A stretch of 64,000 nucleotides of DNA, taken from Octopus vulgaris (Eukaryota). A program made the position numbers and the translations under genes. Location: NCBI GenBank assembly GCA_951406725.2, contig OX597816.1, forward strand, positions 65,782,001-65,846,000, read 5' to 3'. Numbering within the stretch: position 1 is the stretch's first letter; each line of letters starts with the position of its first letter. The notes under the pieces were generated by a model. It saw nothing but the letters and a program-made list of their open reading frames with translations. It did no database searches and was not told the DNA's origin. This document shows positions 53,483 through 64,000 of the stretch, in pieces.

Positions 53483-53740
53483 TTATTTACATTATTTACA
53501 TTTGACGGATATTTGTCCTCATCTTGTTAGTTGTTAACACGTTTCGGCTGATATACCCTCCAGCCTTCTTCAGGTGTCTTGGGGAAATTTCGAACCTGGG
53601 TTCTCATTCCTAAGGTATTTTTCGATGTTGTTGTTATTGTCATTATTATTGTTATTGTTATTGTTCAGGTCACTGCTTGGAATCAAACTTGGAATTTTGG
53701 GGTTAGTAGCCCACACTCTTAACAATTATTCCATATGCCC
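53483..53740 (-). mobile_element. tRNA-headed SINE-like element with a hammerhead ribozyme motif
   Basis: tRNA-like head (TGGG-CTACTAA-CCCC arm, GTTTGATTCC B box), (AAT/AAC)n linker, CTGAAGA-a-GGCTG-loop-CAGCC-GAAAC at 53536-53578. Confidence 0.65.
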
Positions 53741-53756
53741 GTTTCAACAGAAAAAT

Positions 53757-53924
53757 AACATCAGCAACATACCTTAGGAATGGGAACAGTGTACCCCATT
53801 AGTCAAATAAAGAGTTGGGTTCAAAATGCCACCAGAACATCTGATGAAGGCTGGAGAATACATCAGCTGAAATGTTGTGACAACAACAAAGATGGGAACA
53901 CCTATCTGTCTATTGTAAATAATG
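53757..53924 (+). mobile_element. Diverged headless copy of the same hammerhead-bearing element
   Basis: TACCTTAGGAATG..CTGATGA-a-GGCTG-loop-CAGCT-GAAA-TGTT-GTG..TGTAAATAATG, colinear with the minus copy. Confidence 0.65.
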
Positions 53925-54312
53925 GAAAAAAAAATGTTTCTAAGTTTGAGGTTATTAAACCACTGGTACATTTGCCTTCTTTTATCCAAGAAGATACTTG
54001 TAAATATAAAATAATACTTCTGTGATCTAAAGCATTTTGAAATTGATAAAAAATAGTCGAATCAGCAAACACTGAATGTCAAAGCAGTAAAGTCAAAACT
54101 AGGTTTCATTCATAGTTAAGAGTTAAATGTAAAAACAGCTGGAAGAATTTCTATAAAACAAAGATCAAAAGTCTTCAAAATTAAATTGTTTCTTCACAAT
54201 CTAAGATTCAATAATCTTATATTGTGCAGAATATAATCTTTAAATATAAGATTGTACACATCTGCATGGTTCTTAACATCTGATTAAATAGCCTTAATTT
54301 GACTGTGCTGAT

Positions 54313-54540
54313 TTAACTTTTTAGCATTCAGATTTCTCTGTCAGATGTAATACTTATTTATTCATACTGATATGAATTAATTATGTGTTACCTTGTAGCT
54401 TTGAAATTTTAATGATGCGATTGTTTATTTTTAGAATAATATTGTAGGGTAAGTGTGGGAGGCAACATCTGGCCAGTTTGAAGATAATACTAGTAGATGA
54501 TTTTTGTTGGATATGGCGAGTTTAAATGCTAAAGGGTTAA
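54313..54540. mobile_element. TTAA MITE
   Basis: TTAACTTTTTAGCATT ... AATGCTAAAGGGTTAA. Confidence 0.8.
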
Positions 54541-55037
54541 AACATTGAAAACTGAATATTGCACATCTGTGAACTTGACGCTGAAATGTGTTGGTGAATA
54601 ACTTTATGCCGATCATGGCTTTTCTTTCAATATGTTCTAGGAAGTCTGTGTATGGAGAAACATGTAGGAGCAGTAGTCCCATGTGAGTCTCACTTGAACT
54701 TTGTTAAGTTAGTAGTTATTCATAGCTAATTTAAATGAAATAACTTCTCTTTTTAACTGTTGAATTAAATTTTGCTAAATTTCATAATCTAGAAATTATG
54801 AAATTGTAAGAAACTATTGATTGGTCTTAATTTAGGAGAAGGCTCTTTTTATTCATTAACTATATATTTTTTATTATTACCATAGTAGGAATTATTTTTA
54901 TTGTTTGGTATGTAATCAAATTGTTAAGAATATACATGTGATGCAGATATCTTGCACAACTATCTACCTGTCTAACTCATTAGTATATTTCCTTCAATAT
55001 AACTAATCTGTGTATGTGTGTTTGTGTACATGCATGT

Positions 55038-55071
<34 letters not shown>

Positions 55072-55747
55072 CAATCCATTAAATCGATTTTGTTGTTGGC
55101 AGGCAGCTGACTACAAAAGAAAGGAAAACAATTTAACAACATTCTAATATATTTTAGTTTGGCTATACAAACACAATTTATAGAATAATCATCTGAAGGT
55201 TTTTTTGTTTTTTTATAGTTTGAACTAAAATTACTTCCTTTAACATAAATACAGTTCGAGGAACTCACAAGCCAAAGTACTGCTGATGGAATCATTTTAG
55301 ATCTCTTTTATTACAATATTGTTTTTCTTTTTTTTTTATGTGTATCCTTGATATTTCTGATATAAAATACAAAGGATAAGAGGGTACACGAATATTCAGT
55401 TGAATACTTGTGTATCATTGCATATATCTACAAACCCAGTATGTTGGATATTACTGTTTCCCTCAAAGACTTATTAACATATATTGTCAATCCTGATGGG
55501 AAGAGATGAAAGACCAAATTTACTAGTTACTCAGTTTTGTACTTCAACTCATACCAGTGTGGAACATGGATATTAAACAATGATGATAATGTATTTCTTA
55601 TCAACCACGATTTTATGAAAATAATTTTTTGTTATCCTATCCAACCTTATATAGATAACTTACTAACCATTACAATTAAGATTCAGAACCTTTGGGTATA
55701 GACCTTTGAAATTTGTTCCAGAAGAGTTTTAAAATTTCAGGAAGTTA

Positions 55748-56105
55748 ATCGATCAAAAATCAATGGAAATTGTAGTTGTGATACCAGTGCCAGTGGCACA
55801 TAAAAGAACTATCCGAACGTGGCTGTTGCCAGTGCCGCCTTGACTGGCCTCTGTGCTGGTGGCACAAAAAAAGCACCAACCGATCGTGGGTGTTGCCAGC
55901 CTCGCCTGGCACCTGTGCCAGTGGTACGTAAAAAGCACCCACTACACTCACGGAGTGGTTGGTGTTAGGAAGGGCATCCAGCTGTAGAAACACTGCCAGA
56001 TCAGACTGGGCCTGGTGCAGCCTCCTGGCTTCCCGGACCCCAGTCGAACTGTCCAACCCATGCTAGTATTGTAAGCGGACGTTAAACGATGATGATGATG
56101 ATGAC
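55748..56105 (+). mobile_element. RTE 3'-end repeat (family C)
   Basis: Modules plus tail. Confidence 0.86.
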
Positions 56106-56309
56106 GATAGTGATGCTTTTTTTTTCTTTTCACTGACAATAGTTTCTGTGTCAGGGAAAAATCATGATTTATTTGAATTGTTGTCTATTGGGTATGGTTT
56201 ATGATTTTAGAATTTACACTATTTTTTGATAATTCTGTTGTTTATTTGTGGTCAAATAGGCAGTTACTTGAAAACAGCTATTTTTTAATTTTCATTATTT
56301 CTTAGGTAT

Positions 56310-56530
56310 TAAGGTGGCAAGCTGGCAGAATCATTACAGTGAAGGACTTAATGCTTACTGCCATTTCTTCTAGCTCTTTACTTTCTATGCTCAAATCCCA
56401 TCAAAATCATTTTTGCCTTCAATCCTTACAGAGTTAATAAAATAAGTATCAGTTGAGGACTGGGTTGACCTCATCACCTATCAACCTCACTCACTAAAAT
56501 TACTGGTCTTGTACCAAAATTTGAAGCTAT
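56310..56530 (+). mobile_element. SINE family B, old copy
   Basis: AAGGTGGCAAGCTGGCAGAATC..TTTGCCTTCAATCC..AAATAAGTATCAG. Confidence 0.7.
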
Positions 56531-58219
56531 TATCTTTTAGATATCACTAAATGCTTGGGGGGGGGGTGATTCTGTCCTAAAAAATATTGTGATTGCAGAT
56601 GGCTAAAAAAGTAAGTGCAATAAGCTATGGCATATAGAACTGGTTAGAGATAGATGCTTGATGGCCTACAGCTTTAAGTTCAATCTCTGGTAACAGATTT
56701 ACAAGGACTTTGAAAGATAGTTATTGAGAAATGATCCATGTTCTCCACTTTCAGACAGACAATTGGCACCAGGAAAGAAATTTTTTGTAAAAGTGCTCTA
56801 ATAAAATCCATGAATAGAAAAGCATTTTTGCAGGAAATCACAGCCTGGTTGATAGCACAGTATTAAAAAAATCAATAAAAAGGGAGAAGGAAATTTACAT
56901 TGAGTTTGGATTTTCACATGAAAATGTATCTGCATGTATTGAAATAAAAAAAAAAAGAAAGAAAAATTAGTTTGTGATATTAGATGTGCTATTTCTATCG
57001 TCATAGTGTTTGTACTTATTTATTTTGTAAGCTTTTAGCTATGTATTTATGACATACATTTCAAATACATGTACTTTAGTTTAGTTGTAGTGAGGGACAC
57101 AGCTTGCACCATTATGACTACACTGCAAATTAATATTATCATTTAAGGAGATTATGTTATGACCTGACACAGTGAAAGCCTATTACTAAAGGGAATTGTT
57201 TTTATTTCATTTTATTATTTTTTTTTTGCATCAGAAAACTGTTTCTTCGTAAATCTCATAATCAAATAAGTGTACTTGATAACCTCATTGCATCTTGAGT
57301 TAGCATCTCAGATTTCCCCGTTCCTTGCTATTGATTTTTAACATAGGCACAAGGCCACAAAATTGGGGGGAGGGGTATAGTTGATATATTGATTTTGGTA
57401 CTTGACTGGTATTATGATTTTATCAGCCTCAGTAAGATGAAAAGCAAAATCGACCTTGGCAGGATTTGAACTCTGAAAATAAGCAGTTTTAACTAAATTT
57501 TATTGGTTCCTTCCTATTAACATACGATTTCATTGCTTAGTTTCTTTAACCAATTTTAGATTGTTTGTAACTTATCACATATATATAGCTTCTATTTCTA
57601 CAAGTATACTTCTTTACTGTACATGCAATTGTTTATGCTTTTCCTTCAGTTATTGTTAGTTAGCTACGAGAAAAACATGTAATTTTTATGTCTGTGATAT
57701 AATTTTGAATAGAGAGTTAGTGCCTGTGTGAGTAGCCAGAGTATAATTCCTTCTGCAAATTGAAGACTAACAATTCTTATATTTCTATGAATGAATTTTT
57801 TTCTTGTCTTAAGATTCATCTTCATTTATTGAGTTCAGGTTGCAATTATTTTGTGATCTGTAAGGAATGCCATCAGATGAGAAATAGTTAAATTAATAAA
57901 AACTGAGTTTGATAAAAAAAAAAAGAAAGAAATGGACATATAAAAAAAGGTGAAAAGAAAAATTCAAGATGTTCTGATTTTTACAATTTTTCTCATGGAG
58001 TGATTATTTTCTAAATTCTTCATTTGTAACTTAAGTAAAATAGAAACCATTATACGTAATGGCCTTTTGTTCTTCTTTTCAATACTTTGTCTAAGAATTT
58101 TTTTTTTAATATGGCAGCTACTATGTGCTTAGTTTTATATTTTGATTTAAGGCACTCTGTATTTTTCTTATTCTGTGAATAAAAAAGAGGAAGATGTACT
58201 ATGATAAAGTTAGTTAACA

Positions 58220-58934
58220 CAGAAGTCCCTAATTACTGGGTCATGGATCATTTCGTACCAGACTGCACAGAAAGATTAAATGTTTAAATCTTGAGTTGTA
58301 TTATATACGTTACAATGTAATTGGCAATTAAGATAAACACCAGCATAAATATTTAGTTCTACATTTCACCATTGCAGTTATTTGGAACTCTGCAATGGAT
58401 GTTCCAAGTGCATATGGATATCTAACTGCAACGGATCATCAAGAGAACACTTTATTGCATTCTGTTACAGAGAGCTAAATATTTATACTGGTGTTTTTCT
58501 TAATTGCCAATATTTGTATCCTGTATATCATAACTAGTGTAGGAGTTGCGTAATTCAAAATAGGTTTATTATTACCTATTTTACATTGGCGAGTCATAGG
58601 AGTTATCCACAATGATCTCCCTTGGCAAACATTCTAGAAGTTTCTGAGAAATTGGATTTATGTCCCTTTTACTAATCCCAATGAGCCATGGAATGTTCTA
58701 GAATGCAATTTAGTTGCCAGGGGGAGCATCTAACTATACACACAAGATATTAGTTATAAAAATAGAAATAAAGTGCATAATATACAATGTGATTACATTT
58801 TCATTAAATATATATAATAATTAAATTATATATTATATACTTTATTGTGTTGTTATGTGTCTGATTCTTTGATCTGTGGAAAATTTGTTTTACAAGAAAC
58901 TGGTCCATGGTACAAAAGAATTTTGGGGTGGCTG
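58220..58934. mobile_element. hAT (Charlie/MER1-like) non-autonomous element
   Basis: CAG..CTG termini with MER1-like subterminal sequence; 8-bp flanks AGTTAACA (58212-58219) and AGTTTACA (58935-58942). Confidence 0.65.
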
Positions 58935-60009
58935 AGTTTACAGATCTAAAAGTAAATAGATGTGATGAATTGTACACTGAAAATTAAGCACCTATATTGC
59001 TCATTGATTTACCAATTTTAAGATCTGAAATAATTCTAAGAAACTATTTTCTAGTTCTGCTATGGTAGAAATCTTTATTTCAAAATTACTAATAATCAAG
59101 GTTGAAAATTTGAATTGAAGGAGTTTCATTGTTTTCCCCTTGTTTTACTTCCTTTAGAAATTTTAATTTGATGAAGCTGAGATGATTTTATAAATCAAAA
59201 TTGAATAAAAAATTTATTCAAGAAAATACAATAGAAATACAATAAAAAAAAACAACTAGATTTTTAAATTGGTTGGCTGAGTTCAGTATAAAGATTATTT
59301 TAATGACTGATAATAATTTAGAATAAAGAAACTTATTCTCCAAAAGTTAGAGTTTCTTTTAAGCTCTGTAAATTTTAAAATTATTCCAGAATATTGACAA
59401 TTAGATCATCTGGAGTAACATATTTTAAAAAATTACAAATATTTGCATGACAATTTGATATTGTACACAATGTCTTTTTTTTAATATATAATTCTGCAAA
59501 TTTGTTAATCTCTGTATATTGTGATTGATTTCCTCATTTACTATCGATTATTTTTGTTCATTAGTTGTTAAACCTACTGGTCAACTGATTGATAGCCACC
59601 CTATAGTGTATTCAACAACCAGCTAAGTTGCTTGCACCTAGGCTGCTCAGTCAATCAAGTGCAACATAGAGAAATGAAATACTGTTAGCTCAATCAGTAG
59701 CCATATTGATAGGTTGAGCAATCATTTTGCAGACTTTATGTATTTCATGCCAGAGTCTAGACTTGCTTTTGGTTTATTGATTTATGATGAGAAATCCAAA
59801 TTTTTTATCGTATTTATTTTGTTTAGATTCTAATTTTTACTTAAGTATTTAAAATAGCAATTAAATAATAAAATAATGCTTAAATCCCGAGTTTATATAA
59901 GAGTTTTGTGTTAATAAAAGGAAAAGTAAACTTGACAAATGAACATGAATGATATCTAAAGTATATTTCTGGTATATTGAAATATTATAAATATTATTAT
60001 AAATATTAT

Positions 60010-60413
60010 TGATCGAAATCGATCAATGGAAATCGATCAATGGAAATTGCAGATGTGTTACCAGTGCCGGTGGCATGTAAGAGAACTTTCCGTTTCGCGA
60101 CCGTTGCCAGCACCGCCCCGTTTCGTGTCCATTGCCAGCCTCGCCTGGCCCTCGTGCCGGTGGCACATAAAAAGCACCATCCGTTCGTGGCCGTTTGCCA
60201 GCTCTGTCTGGCACCAGTGCGGGTGGCACGTAAAAAGCACCCACTACACTCACGGAGTGGTTGGCGTTAGGAAGGGCATCCAGCCGTAGAAACACTGCCA
60301 GATTTGACTGGGCCTGATGAAGCCTTCTGGCTTCACAGACCCCAGTAGAACTGTCCAACCCATGCTAGCATGGAAAACGGACGCTAAATGATGATGATGA
60401 TGATGATGATGAT
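60010..60413 (+). mobile_element. RTE 3'-end repeat (family C), young copy
   Basis: Modules plus (GAT)n, CpGs intact. Confidence 0.87.
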
Positions 60414-60799
60414 GTATCTGATATATTAGAAAAGTCTTTGTACTAGTCCGAATTCACATGCCTTATAATTCTAGTATTGAATTTTGGTTTCTGTCACATT
60501 AAACATATGAAAAGCAAGACTATTAGAAATTATGACACTTAAATATCTCTGAGTAGAATTTCATTTAGGTGCTTCTACAACTTGTTTTTATATGATATAA
60601 AACATTTCCAAGCAACTATAAAATTTATTTATAATGGATTGATTTTATAAAGGTTGTTTTTTATGGAAAGAAGTTGTTGGATTAGTAACCAAAGATTATA
60701 TTTTCATATCTTTTCTAGCTATTGTACTTTAAGAAATACTTAATGTCATCTATGTGCTGCTCTCTATAAATGCCTCTGCTAATATTTAAATTTCAAATT

Positions 60800-61015
60800 A
60801 AGGCAGCAAGCTGGCAGAATTGTTAGTATGCTAGGCAAAATGCTTAGCTGCATTTCATCTGTCTTTATGTTCTGAGTTCAAATTCTGCTGAGGTCAACTT
60901 TACCTTTCATCTTTTTGGGGTCGATAAAATAAGTGCCAGTCAAGCATTAGGGTCAATGTAATTGACTTAACCTCTTCTCTGAAATTGCCGGCCTTGTGCC
61001 AAAATTTGAACCCAA
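60800..61015 (+). mobile_element. SINE family B
   Basis: Homologous to 13648-13862. Confidence 0.8.
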
Positions 61016-61418
61016 TATTTAGGTTTCAGAGCTATCCAATTCATGGTAGCATACTAAGTGGAAAAATAAATGTAAAAAAAAAAATTGCAAATTTCATGAT
61101 ATAATGAAAGTGTCAAGGTGTAATAATTAGTTTTGTTTCACTCTGGGCTGTGCTTGTTAAACAAATTATGAGATATAAATCACCAAGACATTTTTGTCTC
61201 TTTTCTCCACTCGTTCTTTTTCTTGGTCCTTCTTATGAAGCATTTTGTTTGCTTTGGTGATGTCCATAGGATGTCTTACCATATGTGTTCTTGGGTGATT
61301 TCTGTGGCATTAAAATCATATTTTTGTTGTTAGTCTAGATGTATAGTTAAGATTTCTTGCTTTTGGCTTTCCATTGTGTTATATCACAATACTACACCAT
61401 GGCTGTGTGAGCTACAAA

Positions 61419-61545
61419 ATCTTCGTCGCCACTGTTATATCGCGCATTTCGATGACCTCAACTCAACTCCTGACGTCTAGACTTCTCCCTCTATATCTAC
61501 GTATTGGGCTAGCCTACTTCATCGTCTGGGGGCGTCCACACAACA
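61419..61545 (-). mobile_element. Short LTR (113 bp) plus primer-binding site, Gypsy/TRIM-like
   Basis: Minus strand TGTTGTGT...ATATAACA (61545-61433) followed by G-TGGCGACGAAGAT. Confidence 0.6.
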
Positions 61546-62675
61546 CGTTGTTAAATGTTGGCACCAAAAAAGAAGCAGGTTTACTGAAAAGTATTATTAT
61601 TGACTTAACTTTATATTTATTCTATATTTCTTAAAAGCAAGTTTACATTTATCTCATTTCTGTATTTCATTATATTTTTGTGTACAAGAGGATTTGGTCT
61701 TAGTACTTAAGGTGAACAAATTATTAAGGACTGCAATTATTATTCACCTTATTCTTTTATGTTATTGCCTGTAATATGGAAAAGGTTCAGTGACAAAGCA
61801 TATCACAGGGTCAAAAATGAAACCAAAGCTATTAAATGTTCAGCTGAAAATTAACATTTGGATCCATTTGCCAATTTCAGCCTTGTTTTTTTTTTTTATA
61901 TCTCATTCTTCTTTGACATAATTCTTTCTTGACATATACTTCTTCCTCTGCTTTTATTAACCCTTCTATGTTAATAAAGGCCACAGCCTATAAACAACTA
62001 CAAGGTACCTATCCTAGAACATCCTCATATGAAGCAGACAATTTGGTTTCCACATGTCATTGCATGGTAGCCCTTCTTACTGCTTTTTTTCAGACATAAA
62101 ATAATCACTTGGTAATTTGCCAAGTAGAATGTGTCATAGTACTAAACATCAATTAAGCTTTGGATAAAGTCTTGTACAATGCACTTTGTATTAAACTAAA
62201 TTTTAAAATGCTTAGAGACACTGCTAAACTCTATGGAAAAATTGAATTTTCTTTTTCCTGTCTGCTTTGATTAGATGACCATTAATCTAATAGATCTATA
62301 CTGCTTAATACTTTATTCAGCTGTTTCTAGTCTTCATAGCTGATCTTGTCAATGCCTTTGAAAAATAAGCTAAGCTATATATATACATACAACTTATAAA
62401 CAAGGGCAAAAGAAAAAACTTCTAATGCCAAATATGCCAAAAATAGACAAATCGTCAATAACCATATAATTTATCACTATAAGCACACGTCTCGAAGTGA
62501 GCCAACAGAAATTTCTAAAAAATTCTGTTATTATCGTATCAGTCCCAATTTCAGAGTTAATTCATAAGAATTTTCTCCTCATCACCGATAAATACGGTAA
62601 GAAATAAATGAAATACTTACTTATACCCATGGAAGAATTTTTTAATATGCTGGCCATTGATAGGATTTTTTTTAG

Positions 62676-62713
<38 letters not shown>

Positions 62714-64000
62714 TGTTAGCATGACACCATTTGCAGGAGAGAGAAACTTAATGGCAGGTTGTTTGAACAGTATGAAGAAAAAGACTAGATGTCTGGAAGA
62801 TAAAATGTAAGTTTTATCTAGAAGACAAAATGTGAGAATATAGAGTTATCCAGAAAAAAAGAATCTTAAAAATTTGGATGGCATTGTGCAAGTTGCTCAT
62901 GAAGATCAAGCTTGAGATTTGCAAGTAAGAAAAATATTACAACAAACATTCTTGGGGTGTGTGAAAATAATATAATCCCTGATGATTGGGCAAGTATACT
63001 AGCAGGATATTGCCAATTTATCCAAGCAAAGTAAGCACACAAATGATTGAATGTGTCAAATAACTAATTTGTCACAAATACATATCAAATGATTCTTATA
63101 AATTTATTTAGGAACTAAATTCACACAGGTGTCTCTGTGCACATCCTTGATGAATAGGTGGAAGATAAATTATGAGAACTGATGCTTGTGCCAGTAGCAG
63201 CTCATATGCAATGTCTAGGGGTACCAGGCAGGACTTTAAGCATGAATTTAAAATGTCTGGCTTAATGAGTGAGGTGCATTCAAAATGTGAACACTTTTAA
63301 ACAACTTGTGTATGGCTTTGTGTTTTAAAAAATCCATAAATCTCTAAAACTTTAACAAAAAATGTTCAATAGTAAGTAAGGATTTTAATTAGACAAGCAT
63401 GTAAATGTTTATTTGTCAGCTTGTTATGTAGCACCTATTGAAAAGGAATTGTTTAATTTGTGTTTGTTTTTTCTTTCTTTCTTTTTTCTCCCTGTGTCTT
63501 TTATTTGATACACATGAAGGTGCAGTAGCGAAGCACTACTTTGTTGATTGTAATCAAATTCACATGTAGCCCTATTTCAACTAGTTTACATCTTACTGTG
63601 CTTGTAAAATGGTAGAGTACCAATCAATACTGCTATAATTGCTGCTGCTGATGTGCTATTAAAGAATTGTTTAATAATTAGATCTAGAAGCATACTTCTT
63701 AAAGCACAACTGCACTATATAAAAAAAATTAGAGTACTTTTTGTAACAATTTGTGTTCAGCTTAAATGAAATTAATTTAAGTGAAATCAAAATGTCAGAC
63801 ATGAAATTATTTCTGTCATTAATTTAGGTGTTACACACAGTTAGAGAATACTTTTTAATGTATGAATAATAAAAATCAATGTTCATTATGGTATTACATT
63901 AATGTCATGTCAATGAAACTGTTGTAAGATTCATGTTTGTGTTTTTGCTTTGAAATAGTAGTCCTTGTTAGCTCAAGCGTGAGTGGCTAGTTGATAGAAT

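Noticed and set aside
59562-59724. Possible degenerate hairpin (also 16237-16350 and 58617-58728)
   Set aside because: Pairing too patchy to separate from decayed MITE relics or chance without computation
60060-60290. Twister or HDV-like ribozyme in family-C modules (TGCCAGTGCCGGT; GCCAG-CCTCGC-CTGGC)
   Set aside because: Only short resemblances; the required pseudoknot pairings and catalytic junctions could not be built by eye
63450-63610. Exon after a strong polypyrimidine tract
   Set aside because: No convincing ORF or donor site

Overview
AT-rich, repeat-dense eukaryotic DNA. The repeat families and long (TA)n fields suggest an octopus/coleoid cephalopod genome (inference, not checked by search). 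No intact host protein-coding gene is visible; the Tyr/Ile/Cys/His ORFs are microsatellite artefacts. Retroelement content: CR1/L2-group LINE 3' fragments in (TA)n fields (including a head-to-head pair), decayed RTE LINEs and many RTE 3'-end repeats with (GAT)n tails, R4/Dong-like fragments, tRNA-derived SINEs and a mini LTR with a tRNA-Ser-type PBS. DNA transposon content: maT (DD37D), Tigger/pogo, mariner, hAT, TTAA-MITE and Helitron relics. A CpG-retaining island at about 19.3-21.4 kb looks like a promoter with candidate first exons. The most unusual items are a tRNA-headed SINE carrying a Penelope-type minimal hammerhead motif, back-to-back with a second copy (53.5-53.9 kb), further degenerate hammerhead-like cores, several long fold-back palindromes (one with a 12-bp TSD, one hidden in a microsatellite field), a co-varying 3' stem-loop shared by LINE and SINE, a young ~155-bp tandem array and a pre-miRNA-like hairpin. 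Repeat boundaries were read by eye and are approximate.
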